From Candidatus Hermodarchaeota archaeon (GTDB lineage: Archaea > Asgardarchaeota > Lokiarchaeia > Sigyniarchaeales > SOKP01): 54,933 bases of DNA. The notes below the pieces were generated by a model. It worked only from the letters and a program-made list of their open reading frames with translations. It was not told the origin of the DNA and made no database searches. Each line of letters starts with the position of its first letter. Position 1 is the first letter of the stretch. A program made the position numbers and the translations under genes. The DNA lies in NCBI GenBank assembly GCA_048885525.1, contig JBHLLP010000023.1:1-54933 (forward strand), in the 5' to 3' direction. Positions 38,559 to 49,356 of this stretch are shown in pieces.

Positions 38559-40703
38559 TTAATAAAAAATATGCTCACGTCTACGAGCTTCCCATTCTGC
38601 TCTTTTTCCAGGATTATATCTGTTAACTTCGCTATAATATCCTGTAACTCTTGAATAAACTTTAACATCACCAGAATTGCATTGTGGACAACTAAACTGA
38701 GACCCTCGAAATATTTTCTGGCATTCAAGACAATATATAAAATCTATTGTATATGCAAAGTAAGCTGTGTTAGTATTCAAGCAGATATTTTTTGTGAGTT
38801 CCCATAAACCATTAATATCTGGTTTTTGTTCTCCTAACCATATGTGAGTAATTACTCCTCCATTTACGATTGGGTGGAAATCACCTTGTTTTTTAATCCT
38901 TTCTGATAATGGGATATCAGCGTCATACCTAAAATGATCAGAATTAGTATAATATGCGGATTTACCACTTGATTGTATAATAGCTTTTTTTGGGAAATGC
39001 TTTAGATCTAATCTTGCTAAACGATTTGAGGTTGATTCACTCGGTTGTTCCCATAATGAATAATACTTATTATCCCTTTCTGTCATTGTATTGCATTTTG
39101 CCACCATATAGTTTAATATTCGCTTTCCAAGCTCATAAGCTGTATTAGATTCATGCAATTCATATCCAGATAGACTTTTTACTGCCTCATTTAAGCCAGT
39201 AAAGCCTATTGAAAGGTTTTGATCTTTTATATTAAAAATGGGATTCCCATTAATCTTACCACTACATAGTGGTAAATGTCCAGTTTTCAATCTTTTTTCC
39301 ATTAAATTCCATTTTTTACGTAAAATTCTCGCAGAAAGTTCCATTTTCTCATCCAGTATAGTAAAATAATCATCTTCATTCTTGCATAAATACGAATATC
39401 GAGGAAGATTTAAACTAACACTTTGTAATGAGCCAATAGTAACATAATTCTCCCATACATTAGCAATTTTCCTTTTTTCGGGATCAAGAATGCATTGTTC
39501 AATAATTTGGGATCCACTTAAAAATTTTCTGCAACATTGACTATGAATTTCATCTGGCATCCAGTCGGGACACATATTAAGAAAATATGGAGTCCCCTTT
39601 GTTGCTATTTCTTCCATAACTTTTATATAAGACGGCTCAAATTCTCGCAACCAATCTTTTTTAATTTTAATCTCGTGTTTTGGAAATGCAAAAATTTTAC
39701 CATTATGATCTCCTTGAATATATACATCTGTTAAAGCATCGAATAGTTTTAGACATTCATCTTTATAATCTTGATATTTTCCTATCAATTTTCCATGAGG
39801 TCCAACGGCAGGGATACTTAACAAACCATCAGGAACAGTGGGAGTACAGGAAATTGAAGTAAATGGTACTTGACCTCCTCTTGCTGCAAATATCTGATTA
39901 GTTTCAAAAATTAGACACTGCATTGATTGTTCAATTTCTCGAGCGGAAACACCTCTTGCATATGGAGCTAAAAAGGTTGTTATATAATCATAACCTTGTC
40001 CCCCCGAAAATTCACCCTGAATAATTCCAAGCCACTTGGCAAGATGAGTCACAGCAACACGTAAGCTTCCTGCTGGTCCTGATTTACTACAATGTGCCCA
40101 ACTCTCTACTGGAGGCAAACCATGTTCTAAAATCATTCGTGGGTCCCATTCCTGGCAGAATGGTCTTAAATCGAAGTATCGTAACATATGTACGTGAATA
40201 TCGCCATATAAATGAGCATGAGCTTCTTCCGAATCTAAAATTCTTAATAAAGCATATTCATCTGAAATTCTATTTGCCGCCCAATGATGAATACTCTCTG
40301 GATTCATATCTTGATTAGCATTTTCATCAATTCCATGTTCCAAAATTGCCTCATAATCCATTAATGGCATACCTATTCTCGTATATATTTTTCGTTCATC
40401 TTCAAAGTGCTCTTCTGATAATATTGAGCACACAATTTCTCTAATATGAGGACCCGATAAAAATTTAATCCCAGAAGATATTATTCTCCTAACAACTAAT
40501 TCGGTAATCTTATCAGCAGATTTTTGGCTTAATCCGGTTTCATTTATAAGACTTTGTTCAATTTTTACCGGATCGAATGGAACTACATCACCTTCAGTTC
40601 TGAAAACTCGCGGTAATAATTTTGTTAAATATTTACGTCTTATTTTTTCTGCATCTTTCTCTTTTAATGGTTTTAAATCTGATACCAAGACCACTATAAA
40701 CAT
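38559..40703 (-). CDS. nrdD: Class III (anaerobic) ribonucleoside-triphosphate reductase with ATP-cone
   Basis: ATP-cone (PFDPVKIEQSL), HLYGDIHVH, SGGQG, RGGQVPF, QCCR, YYTNS, CxxC..CxxC, glycyl-radical motif YSRVTGY. Confidence 0.95.
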   Translation of the reverse strand: MFIVVLVSDLKPLKEKDAEKIRRKYLTKLLPRVFRTEGDVVPFDPVKIEQSLINETGLSQKSADKITELVVRRIISSGIKFLSGPHIREIVCSILSEEHFEDERKIYTRIGMPLMDYEAILEHGIDENANQDMNPESIHHWAANRISDEYALLRILDSEEAHAHLYGDIHVHMLRYFDLRPFCQEWDPRMILEHGLPPVESWAHCSKSGPAGSLRVAVTHLAKWLGIIQGEFSGGQGYDYITTFLAPYARGVSAREIEQSMQCLIFETNQIFAARGGQVPFTSISCTPTVPDGLLSIPAVGPHGKLIGKYQDYKDECLKLFDALTDVYIQGDHNGKIFAFPKHEIKIKKDWLREFEPSYIKVMEEIATKGTPYFLNMCPDWMPDEIHSQCCRKFLSGSQIIEQCILDPEKRKIANVWENYVTIGSLQSVSLNLPRYSYLCKNEDDYFTILDEKMELSARILRKKWNLMEKRLKTGHLPLCSGKINGNPIFNIKDQNLSIGFTGLNEAVKSLSGYELHESNTAYELGKRILNYMVAKCNTMTERDNKYYSLWEQPSESTSNRLARLDLKHFPKKAIIQSSGKSAYYTNSDHFRYDADIPLSERIKKQGDFHPIVNGGVITHIWLGEQKPDINGLWELTKNICLNTNTAYFAYTIDFIYCLECQKIFRGSQFSCPQCNSGDVKVYSRVTGYYSEVNRYNPGKRAEWEARRREHIFY

Positions 40704-41144
40704 TCCTCTTTTTCAAATTTTATATATACTAAAATAATATAGTGAAATACAACACTATTTTCAATCAAAAAATTTTGTCGGTAGTATGAACTGAAATTAG
40801 AGAATTATTAATTGTTTATTATCGTTAATATTTTACCTCTTATGATATAAAAATTTATTTATTTTTCTAATTTAAACTTATTTTATTAACTCTTTATTTG
40901 CCAATATAGAATTTGTCTATAAAAATTACGAAAAAATTCTTAATTCTTTGGAGGCTTTTCAATTTCTAATTTATAATTTCCGTGATTACATATGATTTCA
41001 AATTTTGTCGTAATTATCGCCGTATTTCACCAGTTTTACATTTTTAAAATTTATAAGAATTAAGATTATGTATTATTATACAAAAAAAGGTATTACAATA
41101 TCCAAATGTACATTTCTTATGGCGAATAACTCTTTAGAATAAAA

Positions 41145-41498
41145 TTACCATTGATATGCAGCAACACTAAAGATAGCTAATATACTGAAGATAAATTCTC
41201 CTACTATCCAATCAAGAAAGAGTTGTTTTTTCTTGTCTCTATTATTTTTTATTTTTGTGGCTAAAGCAAAACTAATTGCAGAGTTTGTTCCAGTAAATAT
41301 AATAAATGAAAAGGAAGTGGCTGTTATTTCCAATTCTATCATCTCTAAAATAGTATCAAAGAGAATCCAGGCACCTATAAACCCTATAAGTAACAGTAAA
41401 AATAACCAACCCGAAAACTGAATAATTTTTTCAAATGAAATATCCAATTCTGAAATAGTGGTAAGGTCTTTGGTCGGCTTTTTCTTAATTTTGGACAT
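41145..41498 (-). CDS. Small membrane protein (3 TM)
   Basis: Hydrophobic segments; co-oriented downstream of nac. Confidence 0.7.
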   Translation of the reverse strand: MSKIKKKPTKDLTTISELDISFEKIIQFSGWLFLLLLIGFIGAWILFDTILEMIELEITATSFSFIIFTGTNSAISFALATKIKNNRDKKKQLFLDWIVGEFIFSILAIFSVAAYQW

Positions 41499-41578
41499 GT
41501 GAAATCAAAATTATATGCTGTTTAAATAGTAAAAATTTTATAATTCTTAACCTTTATTATTTGAATAATGCATCGATA

Positions 41579-42058
41579 TTAAGGCCTATTCTTCAAAAAC
41601 AAAATAGCCTTAGCAATATCTCCATTACATTCTTTTAATACTGACTCTGCTTCATTCTTCTCTACATTTGCTTGCGTAGCTACTAGCATAATATCATTTT
41701 CTGTGATTTTTGTTTTCATTTCTGAATCATCACCGGGCTCTAATTCTGCTATCGCTTCGTCGCTTTCAATTGAAATACTCTCGGGGGAAATCTCTTCTGC
41801 TTGACCTATAACTTGATAGATCTCTTGACCTGCTTGTTTCATTAGAATAACTTCTGGTTGCTCTATAATTAATGATTTTTCTGACCCTTCTATTATTACT
41901 CGAGTTGCATCAATTGGTTCCATATCAATCCCTTGTTGAGCCATCTTTCTACGCATCTGTCTTGATCCAACTTGCTGACCTTCACGCGTTTTGACTAGTT
42001 GTGGACGTTTTGGTCTACTTTTTTCTTTATTCAGCATCTCTTTAGGTAATTTTACCAT
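41579..42058 (-). CDS. nac: Nascent polypeptide-associated complex protein
   Basis: RQMRRKMAQQGIDM..I.A.RVII...YQVIG; UBA-like DIMLVATQANV...GDIAKAI. Confidence 0.93.
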   Translation of the reverse strand: MVKLPKEMLNKEKSRPKRPQLVKTREGQQVGSRQMRRKMAQQGIDMEPIDATRVIIEGSEKSLIIEQPEVILMKQAGQEIYQVIGQAEEISPESISIESDEAIAELEPGDDSEMKTKITENDIMLVATQANVEKNEAESVLKECNGDIAKAILFLKNRP

Positions 42059-42111
42059 TTTTTTCCCATTTACAACTACTTGTGTTCTTAAAATATATAA
42101 TAATTTGAGAC

Positions 42112-42603
42112 TTAAATTTTTGATTTATGAATTCCTTTTCTAATGTTAACCGCGATCCCACTGGAGAAAGATTTTACAAAAGGAACTGGTATTTTCAATT
42201 TACCAATTCCCAACAATTCATCCTCTTGATTTACAACAATAACCTCGTCTAGAGGTCTTAAATTTTCATCAATGTCAATTACATGTCTACAAAAAACATT
42301 TCTCCCTCGTTTTATAAACTCTGAAATCTCATTTAATACAATAACTCTCAATTTTGGAATAGAAGTTTGTTTAATTAATTTAATGGCTGAAAAGAGAGAT
42401 AAGGTAAAAAACCCATTTGTAGGTCTTAAAGTAAGTAATAAATTATTATTATAATAAATATATCTAATCTTATTTGTATTTGGTGATCTTTCAAAACGTA
42501 TTTTATTAAGATCATCAAATAGAATATTAGTTATTTCTTTCCCAAATTGATAGTCTGAAATTGCTTTAATTTGTCTTAAACCTAATAATACTTCTGTTTG
42601 CAT
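42112..42603 (-). CDS. PUA-domain protein resembling the archaeosine TGT C-terminal region
   Basis: ISDYQFG, KIRYIY, GRNVFCRHV.D.D.NLRP.DEV.VV. Confidence 0.88.
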   Translation of the reverse strand: MQTEVLLGLRQIKAISDYQFGKEITNILFDDLNKIRFERSPNTNKIRYIYYNNNLLLTLRPTNGFFTLSLFSAIKLIKQTSIPKLRVIVLNEISEFIKRGRNVFCRHVIDIDENLRPLDEVIVVNQEDELLGIGKLKIPVPFVKSFSSGIAVNIRKGIHKSKI

Positions 42604-42676
42604 TGCTTAATGAATAAAAATTTTACTTAATTTAGAAAAAGTAAATGAAACATAAATATATTACTCATATTTGAAA

Positions 42677-43885
42677 TTATGAGTAAAGTCTTGATTCTAT
42701 GTACTGATCTTTAACTTTATTCATTACTTTCATTACTCCATCAATGAAATCTTTATTGATAATCTTATCAGCATCTTTTCTAATTGCAAACATTCCAGCT
42801 TCTGTACAAATTGCTTTAATATCTGCTCCAGTTGCTCCCTCTGTTAGGTTTACTAATCTTTTAAAATCGATATTTTCTTCAACATGCAAATTTCTTGAAT
42901 GGATTTTAAATATAGCCTCTCGAGCGGTCTCATCGGGAATTGGAAATTCAATCATACGATCAAATCTTCCAGGTCTTAATAATGCTGGATCTAAAATATC
43001 TACTCTATTTGTAGCACCAATAATCTTTACATCTCCTCTTTGTTCAAATCCGTCTAGTTCACTCAACAATTGCATAAGAGTTCTTTGAACTTCTCTATCT
43101 CCAGATGTAGCTATCTTTAATCTCTGAGAACCGATAGCATCTAACTCATCAATAAATAATATTGTAGGGGCTTTTTCTTTTGCTAAATTGAAAATTTCTC
43201 TTACTAAACGTGCACCCTCACCAATAAATTTTTGAACTAATTCAGAACCGATAATTCTTATGAATGTTGCCTCCGTTTCATGAGCAACTGCTTTTGCTAG
43301 TAGTGTTTTTCCAGTACCAGGTGCACCAAATAACAAAACCCCTTTTGGGGGTTCAATTCCAATCCTTTTGAATAATTCTGGCTTTTTTAAAGGTAATTCC
43401 ACTGTTTCTCTTACTTCTTGCATTTGATCTTCTAACCCTCCTACATCTATATAGGAGATATCTGGAATTGAATCAATTACTTCCATACCTTTAACAAAAG
43501 GATCTAATTTTGTAGGTAATACCTCCATAATTGCGAATGTTCTTTGATTCAAGGCAACTCTTGTTCCTGGATTTAATTTTTCATTTTTTACTTTTCTACT
43601 TGTATTAACAACAAAACTTGGTCCGGTTGAACTTTTTACTATTGCTCTTCCTTTATCGTCCAAGAAATCAATGATAGTTGCAGATACTAATGGAGGTTCT
43701 CGTAATCTATCAATTTCATTTCTTAAACTGTGCAATTCTTGTTCCAATCTCAATCTTTCTGCATCTAATAATTGTTTTTCTGTTTCTAAGTTTCTGAGTC
43801 GCTTCTCTAAATGTCTGGTGTAAGTTATAAGATATTCTCCGTCTTTACTCTCTTCTTTTTTCTTCTTATCTTTAGTCGTAGTCAA
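42677..43885 (-). CDS. pan: Proteasome-activating nucleotidase
   Basis: N-terminal coiled coil, GAPGTGKT, FIDELD, LRPGRFDR, C-terminal HbYX motif LYS. Confidence 0.97.
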   Translation of the reverse strand: MTTTKDKKKKEESKDGEYLITYTRHLEKRLRNLETEKQLLDAERLRLEQELHSLRNEIDRLREPPLVSATIIDFLDDKGRAIVKSSTGPSFVVNTSRKVKNEKLNPGTRVALNQRTFAIMEVLPTKLDPFVKGMEVIDSIPDISYIDVGGLEDQMQEVRETVELPLKKPELFKRIGIEPPKGVLLFGAPGTGKTLLAKAVAHETEATFIRIIGSELVQKFIGEGARLVREIFNLAKEKAPTILFIDELDAIGSQRLKIATSGDREVQRTLMQLLSELDGFEQRGDVKIIGATNRVDILDPALLRPGRFDRMIEFPIPDETAREAIFKIHSRNLHVEENIDFKRLVNLTEGATGADIKAICTEAGMFAIRKDADKIINKDFIDGVMKVMNKVKDQYIESRLYS

Positions 43886-44127
43886 TAAAAGTATACCCCT
43901 TCTTTTCTCACTATAATGTACAATTTTTAGAAAATTCTTTAATTTATAAATAAACTTTTAATCATTTAAATTTAAGGTTATATCTTTACTATTACTTAAA
44001 AATCTCAATTTTTAAAAAATTTTAAGATTATAAATTATAATGCTAATAAACCGTAAATTATAAGAGTTTTTTTCAAATTCTATAATATAATACGGTTGCA
44101 CAAATTAATTATGATTGAGTTAATTCT

Positions 44128-44661
44128 ATGCCAAAACCAAGATATAATGAAATTGATAAGGAATGCCCTATATGTGGAAGTATAATTTGGGGTAAAGGAC
44201 AGAAAATTTTGTTAGAAGGAGCTAAAATAACTGTATGTCATAATTGTGCTCAGTATGGTATAAAAATTCGTAAATCCCCCACAATCACTCAAAATAAACA
44301 ATTAACATCCAATGACAAATCAAAACCTTTAAAACGGCAAGTCTTAAAAAAAGATGGAATTGACGATTTCGAAATAATCCCTGAATTTGCTGAAAAAATA
44401 AAAAATATAAGAAGTTCACTAGAACTTAATCAGGATCAATTTGCTCAGAAGTTAAATGAGAAACCTTCTTTAATTAAAAGAATTGAAGCGGGAAGAGTAG
44501 AACCTACAATTAAATTGGCTAAAAAGATAGAAGATGTATATAAAATCAAAATCTTAAGAAAAGTTGATGAGATTGATACTAGGATCACTAATAATAAATA
44601 TATGAAAAAATCAAGTGGATCTTCTTTAGGCGATATTGCATTTATTAAAAAGAAAAAATAA
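44128..44661 (+). CDS. mbf1: Archaeal multiprotein bridging factor 1 (TIGR00270-like)
   Basis: CPICG...EGAKITVCHNCAQYG, HTH, C-terminal SLGD. Confidence 0.92.
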   Translation: MPKPRYNEIDKECPICGSIIWGKGQKILLEGAKITVCHNCAQYGIKIRKSPTITQNKQLTSNDKSKPLKRQVLKKDGIDDFEIIPEFAEKIKNIRSSLELNQDQFAQKLNEKPSLIKRIEAGRVEPTIKLAKKIEDVYKIKILRKVDEIDTRITNNKYMKKSSGSSLGDIAFIKKKK

Positions 44662-44686
44662 AGCTGTTATTCCATTTAAATATGAT

Positions 44687-46729
44687 TTAAGATCTAATTT
44701 TTGTAATTTTAACTATAGTAGAATTATATGAACCAGATAATCCTAATTCTTCTGGTTGATTAGGCGTAAAAAAGTTTGCATTTGGATTCCTTTTCAAGGT
44801 TGACGATAATCCAGAGTATATTAATGCCATTCCAGGTTTAATGATATCAGATTCTGCTAACTTATATATTTCAGATCCAAATTCATTAGAAACAAGTACT
44901 TCACATCCTATTAATAAATCTAAAGTTTTGATATCTTCTGAACTTAAAAATACTTTATTGAATTCATCTAGAAAAGTATTATTTAGCAATCCTAATTGAG
45001 AATGTAAAAAATGAAAATGCGAAGGTGAAATAAGAAGAAATTCATTTCTTTTTCTTTTTAATCTACGCTTCATTTCACTTTTTCCGAATTCAAAATGTGG
45101 ACCATTCGCTTGAATCTGGTTGTTAGGAGTTGGAAATTTCAAATTACTGAATGGAACGGAGTTTTTATTGAATAATAAATAATAACCTTCTTTTTTAATG
45201 TCCTCTTGAATCTTTAATGGTAATAACTTCAAACAATTATTAAAAATTGTTTCTTCTGATTCTTGAAACATTAAACAGTCTTTATAGCCAATTTTCAAAG
45301 CTATTTGTTGGAAAAACTCATAATTAGATAAACAGTCTTTATATGGACAAGGACCAGCAAGATTGATTGATAGACTAGGTATATAATAAGGAGAAATCAA
45401 ATCATATGATTCTAAATCAAATTTTGCTGGGATTACTATATCAGCATACTTTGTTGTTTCATTTAAAAACATGTCTAATACCACTACAAATAGATCGTTA
45501 TTCATTAATGCTTTTCTTAGTAGGTTTTGATTAGGTAGTGAACTTGCGGGGTTGAAATTGTATATAAATAGTATCTTATAATTACCAGATGATAGAGTAG
45601 AACCAAGTTTTATTATACTAACTTCTTTCCTATTTGATTCAGATTTATATTGAGTGATATAATCTAATAGAGGTTGAAGAAGTGGTTTTAAAAAATTACT
45701 CTGGGAATATATAACTCCTGTACCGGGTTTTCCTATATTTCCAAGCATAATCTGTATTAAAGCAATAGATTTTACAATTCTACCTCCATAGAAATACTTT
45801 TGAATTCCATACCCAATATTAAATATAGTTTTATGTTTAAATTTAGTTAATAATTTCACAAAATTGTAGACTTTTTGATAATCAATTCCAATTTGATCCA
45901 AAAGCTCTTGTCTATCTATTTTTACTACTTCTTTAAAAATTGATGAATAATAAGCAACGTGTGTTCTTAAAAAATCTTTATCATAAGCATTTGTAACTAT
46001 TAATTCACTGATAATCATCTTAGCTAATAAATGATCAGTACCAGGAAAAATATGTAAGAAACAATGAGCTTTTTCAGCTATTAATGTGCGACGAGAATCT
46101 ACTACAACTAATTTTGCCCCCATTTTTATAGCTTGTTTAACCAAATAATAAGCATGGTTATTAGTCTCTGAAAGATTATTTCCCCAAATTACTATTAATC
46201 GGGCAGAACTATTCATTAACTGAAATGGATTCGTAATAGAATATGTACCAAAAAGTTCTGTGAGTCCAGCGCAACCTCCTTCATTACAAATCCCTCTATT
46301 GGTGACAGTGGCTCCTAATTTGTTAAAAAATCTTAATGGTGCATTCATTGATAATAAACCTGCATTACCCGAATAGAAAGCCCCTAATACAGACGAAAAA
46401 TTATCTCTTTCTTGGATATTGACTAACTTTTCAACAATGATATTAAGAGCAGTTTTTAAGGAAATTGGTTCAAAACTATTTTCTGATTTTGATCCACAGC
46501 GAATTAATGGTTTTTTCAAACGGGCTTTATGATATAGTAAATCCTGTCTTCGAGTATACTTTGGACAAAAGAAACCATTAGTAAATGGATGGTTTTTTAA
46601 TGGATGGGCATATAGAAATTTGTGTTCATAAGCCTCATCATTCCAAGTTCCTTTAAATACACAAGAACAATAACAATCTTTCGAACAAGTACCAAATCTA
46701 ATTTGTGCAAAATTTCTTTGTTCTTTCAT
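44687..46729 (-). CDS. Molybdopterin-dependent oxidoreductase (DMSO-reductase superfamily)
   Basis: CSKDCYCSC...FCPK Fe-S motif, RLKKPL, PGTD, ETTKYADIVIPA. Confidence 0.88.
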   Translation of the reverse strand: MKEQRNFAQIRFGTCSKDCYCSCVFKGTWNDEAYEHKFLYAHPLKNHPFTNGFFCPKYTRRQDLLYHKARLKKPLIRCGSKSENSFEPISLKTALNIIVEKLVNIQERDNFSSVLGAFYSGNAGLLSMNAPLRFFNKLGATVTNRGICNEGGCAGLTELFGTYSITNPFQLMNSSARLIVIWGNNLSETNNHAYYLVKQAIKMGAKLVVVDSRRTLIAEKAHCFLHIFPGTDHLLAKMIISELIVTNAYDKDFLRTHVAYYSSIFKEVVKIDRQELLDQIGIDYQKVYNFVKLLTKFKHKTIFNIGYGIQKYFYGGRIVKSIALIQIMLGNIGKPGTGVIYSQSNFLKPLLQPLLDYITQYKSESNRKEVSIIKLGSTLSSGNYKILFIYNFNPASSLPNQNLLRKALMNNDLFVVVLDMFLNETTKYADIVIPAKFDLESYDLISPYYIPSLSINLAGPCPYKDCLSNYEFFQQIALKIGYKDCLMFQESEETIFNNCLKLLPLKIQEDIKKEGYYLLFNKNSVPFSNLKFPTPNNQIQANGPHFEFGKSEMKRRLKRKRNEFLLISPSHFHFLHSQLGLLNNTFLDEFNKVFLSSEDIKTLDLLIGCEVLVSNEFGSEIYKLAESDIIKPGMALIYSGLSSTLKRNPNANFFTPNQPEELGLSGSYNSTIVKITKIRS

Positions 46730-46821
46730 ATAAAATTTAAAATGAACATTTAAAGAGATAGTATTGGAATAAATTTCATTTTATATAAATAGAAATGTTT
46801 CTCAATTATTACTTTTATTTC

Positions 46822-47412
46822 TTAATCTATTGAAATTTTTAAGTTTTGATTCAATACAATCTTATTTTTTAAAAAATCAATGATTGCTTGGTTATCCTGC
46901 GCTTCGAGTGCACCACCACAGTCAGGGCATCTGAAATTCAGATCAAAAGCTTCATCAAAATTATATTTTATATTTGAATCTTGACAATTACTACATATAA
47001 AAAAGTAGTTATTTTGCTCAAATTCTAACCGATCTCTTAATTTATTTTCGATTAATTTCTTTTTTTCAAGTATAATCTCCTCAAGTAGATCAAATTCATG
47101 CCACCAATAATAGATAAACCATCCCGTTGATTTATCTCTTATACGTCTAAATTGAGCTAATTTTTCAGAATATAATCTATAAAGTGTTTTTCGAACTGTA
47201 TTTAATTTCAGGATTTCAGTATCATCTGGTTCGAAATCAATTTCTGTACCTTCAATACGTTCTTTTATGTTTTCGGTAATATCTTCATCAGTTATATCTT
47301 TAGATTCAGAGATCATAAGCTCCATTCCAACATATATTGCGATTTCTCCACCAATTATATATAAAAAAGATTGTAAATAAGGATTTAATTCGTTAATATG
47401 ACGTAGCCTCAT
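46822..47412 (-). CDS. tfe: Transcription initiation factor E alpha
   Basis: TDEDI, LNTVRKTLYRL, RDKSTGWFIYYW, FDEAFDLNFRCPDCG. Confidence 0.95.
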   Translation of the reverse strand: MRLRHINELNPYLQSFLYIIGGEIAIYVGMELMISESKDITDEDITENIKERIEGTEIDFEPDDTEILKLNTVRKTLYRLYSEKLAQFRRIRDKSTGWFIYYWWHEFDLLEEIILEKKKLIENKLRDRLEFEQNNYFFICSNCQDSNIKYNFDEAFDLNFRCPDCGGALEAQDNQAIIDFLKNKIVLNQNLKISID

Positions 47413-47500
47413 TTATGATATAATTTTACCTTGATGAATAACTATCCTTGATAAAAATTAAATTTTTTTGAAACGTTTAAAAAAACCTAAATTTTAAAAA

Positions 47501-48283
47501 TTACACAATAATGGAATATTGTTTTTCTATAATTTCATCATCCACATTTAGAGTTCGAAATAACTTTCCTTTTCGTATTGCCATAATTCTTAACAATTTT
47601 GAATCTTTAATCCCTTTAGGAATTTCAATGTCAGTTATTTTATAATTATTTAAAATTAGGAGTGTTTTCCATTTCTTAGGGAGTTCTGATTCAAAATCAG
47701 ACAAAGTAGAATTCAATGTACTATTAAGATTTTTTTCAGTATTACTAATATATCCAGTGCAGAATTGAATTCTTTTATTTACATCATCTTCTTCTACTTT
47801 CTTTTTAGATGGTTGCGGTATATTTTTTTTAGTCGACACTTTACAATTCGGATTTAAGTTAAATGATAAAAGAAAATAACTATGCTCACGAAATACATCA
47901 ATACTCTTTAATAATGTATCTCTATTAACATTATCGATGATTTCCGCTTTATAATTTTTCGTTTGACCTGTTGATTCTTTAAGATCCCAATTAAATCCTA
48001 ATTTATTTATCACTTCACTAATCTCTGCTCCAGTTATTAAACTGCCTTTAATTTCAAACTTTTCTTCTGAATTTGAAATACCACTAGTAACTATTTCAAG
48101 TATCAAATCCTCATATTCATGGCTTCCCTTAAGAGTTAGCTTAGCTTTAGTTTGAGTAATTTTCATTGCAGGGCCTATAAAATCTCCCCTGGAATATCTA
48201 TAAAAATGCCGATGAATACTCTTATAATTATTTGCTGGATCATCTAAAATTGGTGATTTAATTAATTTTTTTAGAAAATGCAT
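47501..48283 (-). CDS. Hypothetical protein upstream of tfe
   Basis: 260-aa ORF co-oriented with tfe; no recognised motif. Confidence 0.75.
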   Translation of the reverse strand: MHFLKKLIKSPILDDPANNYKSIHRHFYRYSRGDFIGPAMKITQTKAKLTLKGSHEYEDLILEIVTSGISNSEEKFEIKGSLITGAEISEVINKLGFNWDLKESTGQTKNYKAEIIDNVNRDTLLKSIDVFREHSYFLLSFNLNPNCKVSTKKNIPQPSKKKVEEDDVNKRIQFCTGYISNTEKNLNSTLNSTLSDFESELPKKWKTLLILNNYKITDIEIPKGIKDSKLLRIMAIRKGKLFRTLNVDDEIIEKQYSIIV

Positions 48284-48425
48284 AATTAATATCGAATTTA
48301 TTTTCTTTGAAAATAATTGTTTCTCTATTTATTAAATATCAAAAGGTGATAATTATAAATTTTATTCATTAATAAAATTAAAAAAAAATAAATTATATCT
48401 AAACATACAGATCATAAAAAATATA

Positions 48426-48638
48426 ATGTTATTATATATGACTAGTATATCTTCTTTATCTATATGGGTTTTTGGGTGGATTTTTCTTTTTATAGGGTTA
48501 GTATCATTGACAATTTTAGTAATATATACTAAATACGGAAGGGAAGTATCCATTCGACTCTCTATATTAACTGTAGCTTTTGCCTCAATATTTCTTGGAT
48601 TCGCACTTCATTTTTTATTACTCTCATGGGGAGTATGA
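48426..48638 (+). CDS. Small 2-TM membrane protein
   Basis: Two hydrophobic helices separated by TKYGRE. Confidence 0.65.
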   Translation: MLLYMTSISSLSIWVFGWIFLFIGLVSLTILVIYTKYGREVSIRLSILTVAFASIFLGFALHFLLLSWGV

Positions 48639-48808
48639 TTTATAGTTTTAAATGATCGTATATTTAAGCGCTATACTTCTTTTAAAATGAACCAAAGACT
48701 TGTTCTTATTGTTTTTATAATTTACTTTGTTAATATTTAAAAAAGAAGAAAAGTTTTCATCTAATAATTAAAATTTCTTCAATCTAACTATAAAAAAAAG
48801 AAGATAAA

Positions 48809-49225
48809 ATGTTATTTCAAATGGACCCTACTCTTGAGTTTGTATTATCGCTTATATTAGCCACCATAATTGTGACTCTAATTCTTTATATTGCTGTTAT
48901 ACTCATTGTATCAAAAACTAAAGCCTCAGATAAAAAGTTCTTAATAATTCTTTTGGCATTTATATGTGTTCTTGTAATTCCATTAGTTTTAGGTGCAATT
49001 GGTTCAATATTTGGAATTTTTAGTCAAATTCCTTGGAGTGATGGCAATTATTTAACGCTATTAATACCTATAGTAGGTTTTTTAATAGTATTGGTACTAG
49101 TTAAATTTCTTTTGGATGTTGCATGGGATCATGCTTTATGGATATCATTACTAACATTATTTGTTTTATTCCTTCTGTATACTTTGATACCTGGACTTGC
49201 TAGCTTTTTAGGATTCACATTATAA
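48809..49225 (+). CDS. Membrane protein (4 TM)
   Basis: Four hydrophobic segments; T-rich tract downstream. Confidence 0.75.
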   Translation: MLFQMDPTLEFVLSLILATIIVTLILYIAVILIVSKTKASDKKFLIILLAFICVLVIPLVLGAIGSIFGIFSQIPWSDGNYLTLLIPIVGFLIVLVLVKFLLDVAWDHALWISLLTLFVLFLLYTLIPGLASFLGFTL

Positions 49226-49356
49226 TTATGATTAGGAAATAACTAAAACTAAAAACTTATTTTTTTCTTTTTATTTCTCATAATGTATGAAATTTTGTAT
49301 TAGTTGCTCAATTTCAAATTAAAATAAGTCAATTAAATTCAAAAAAAAAAATTGAT

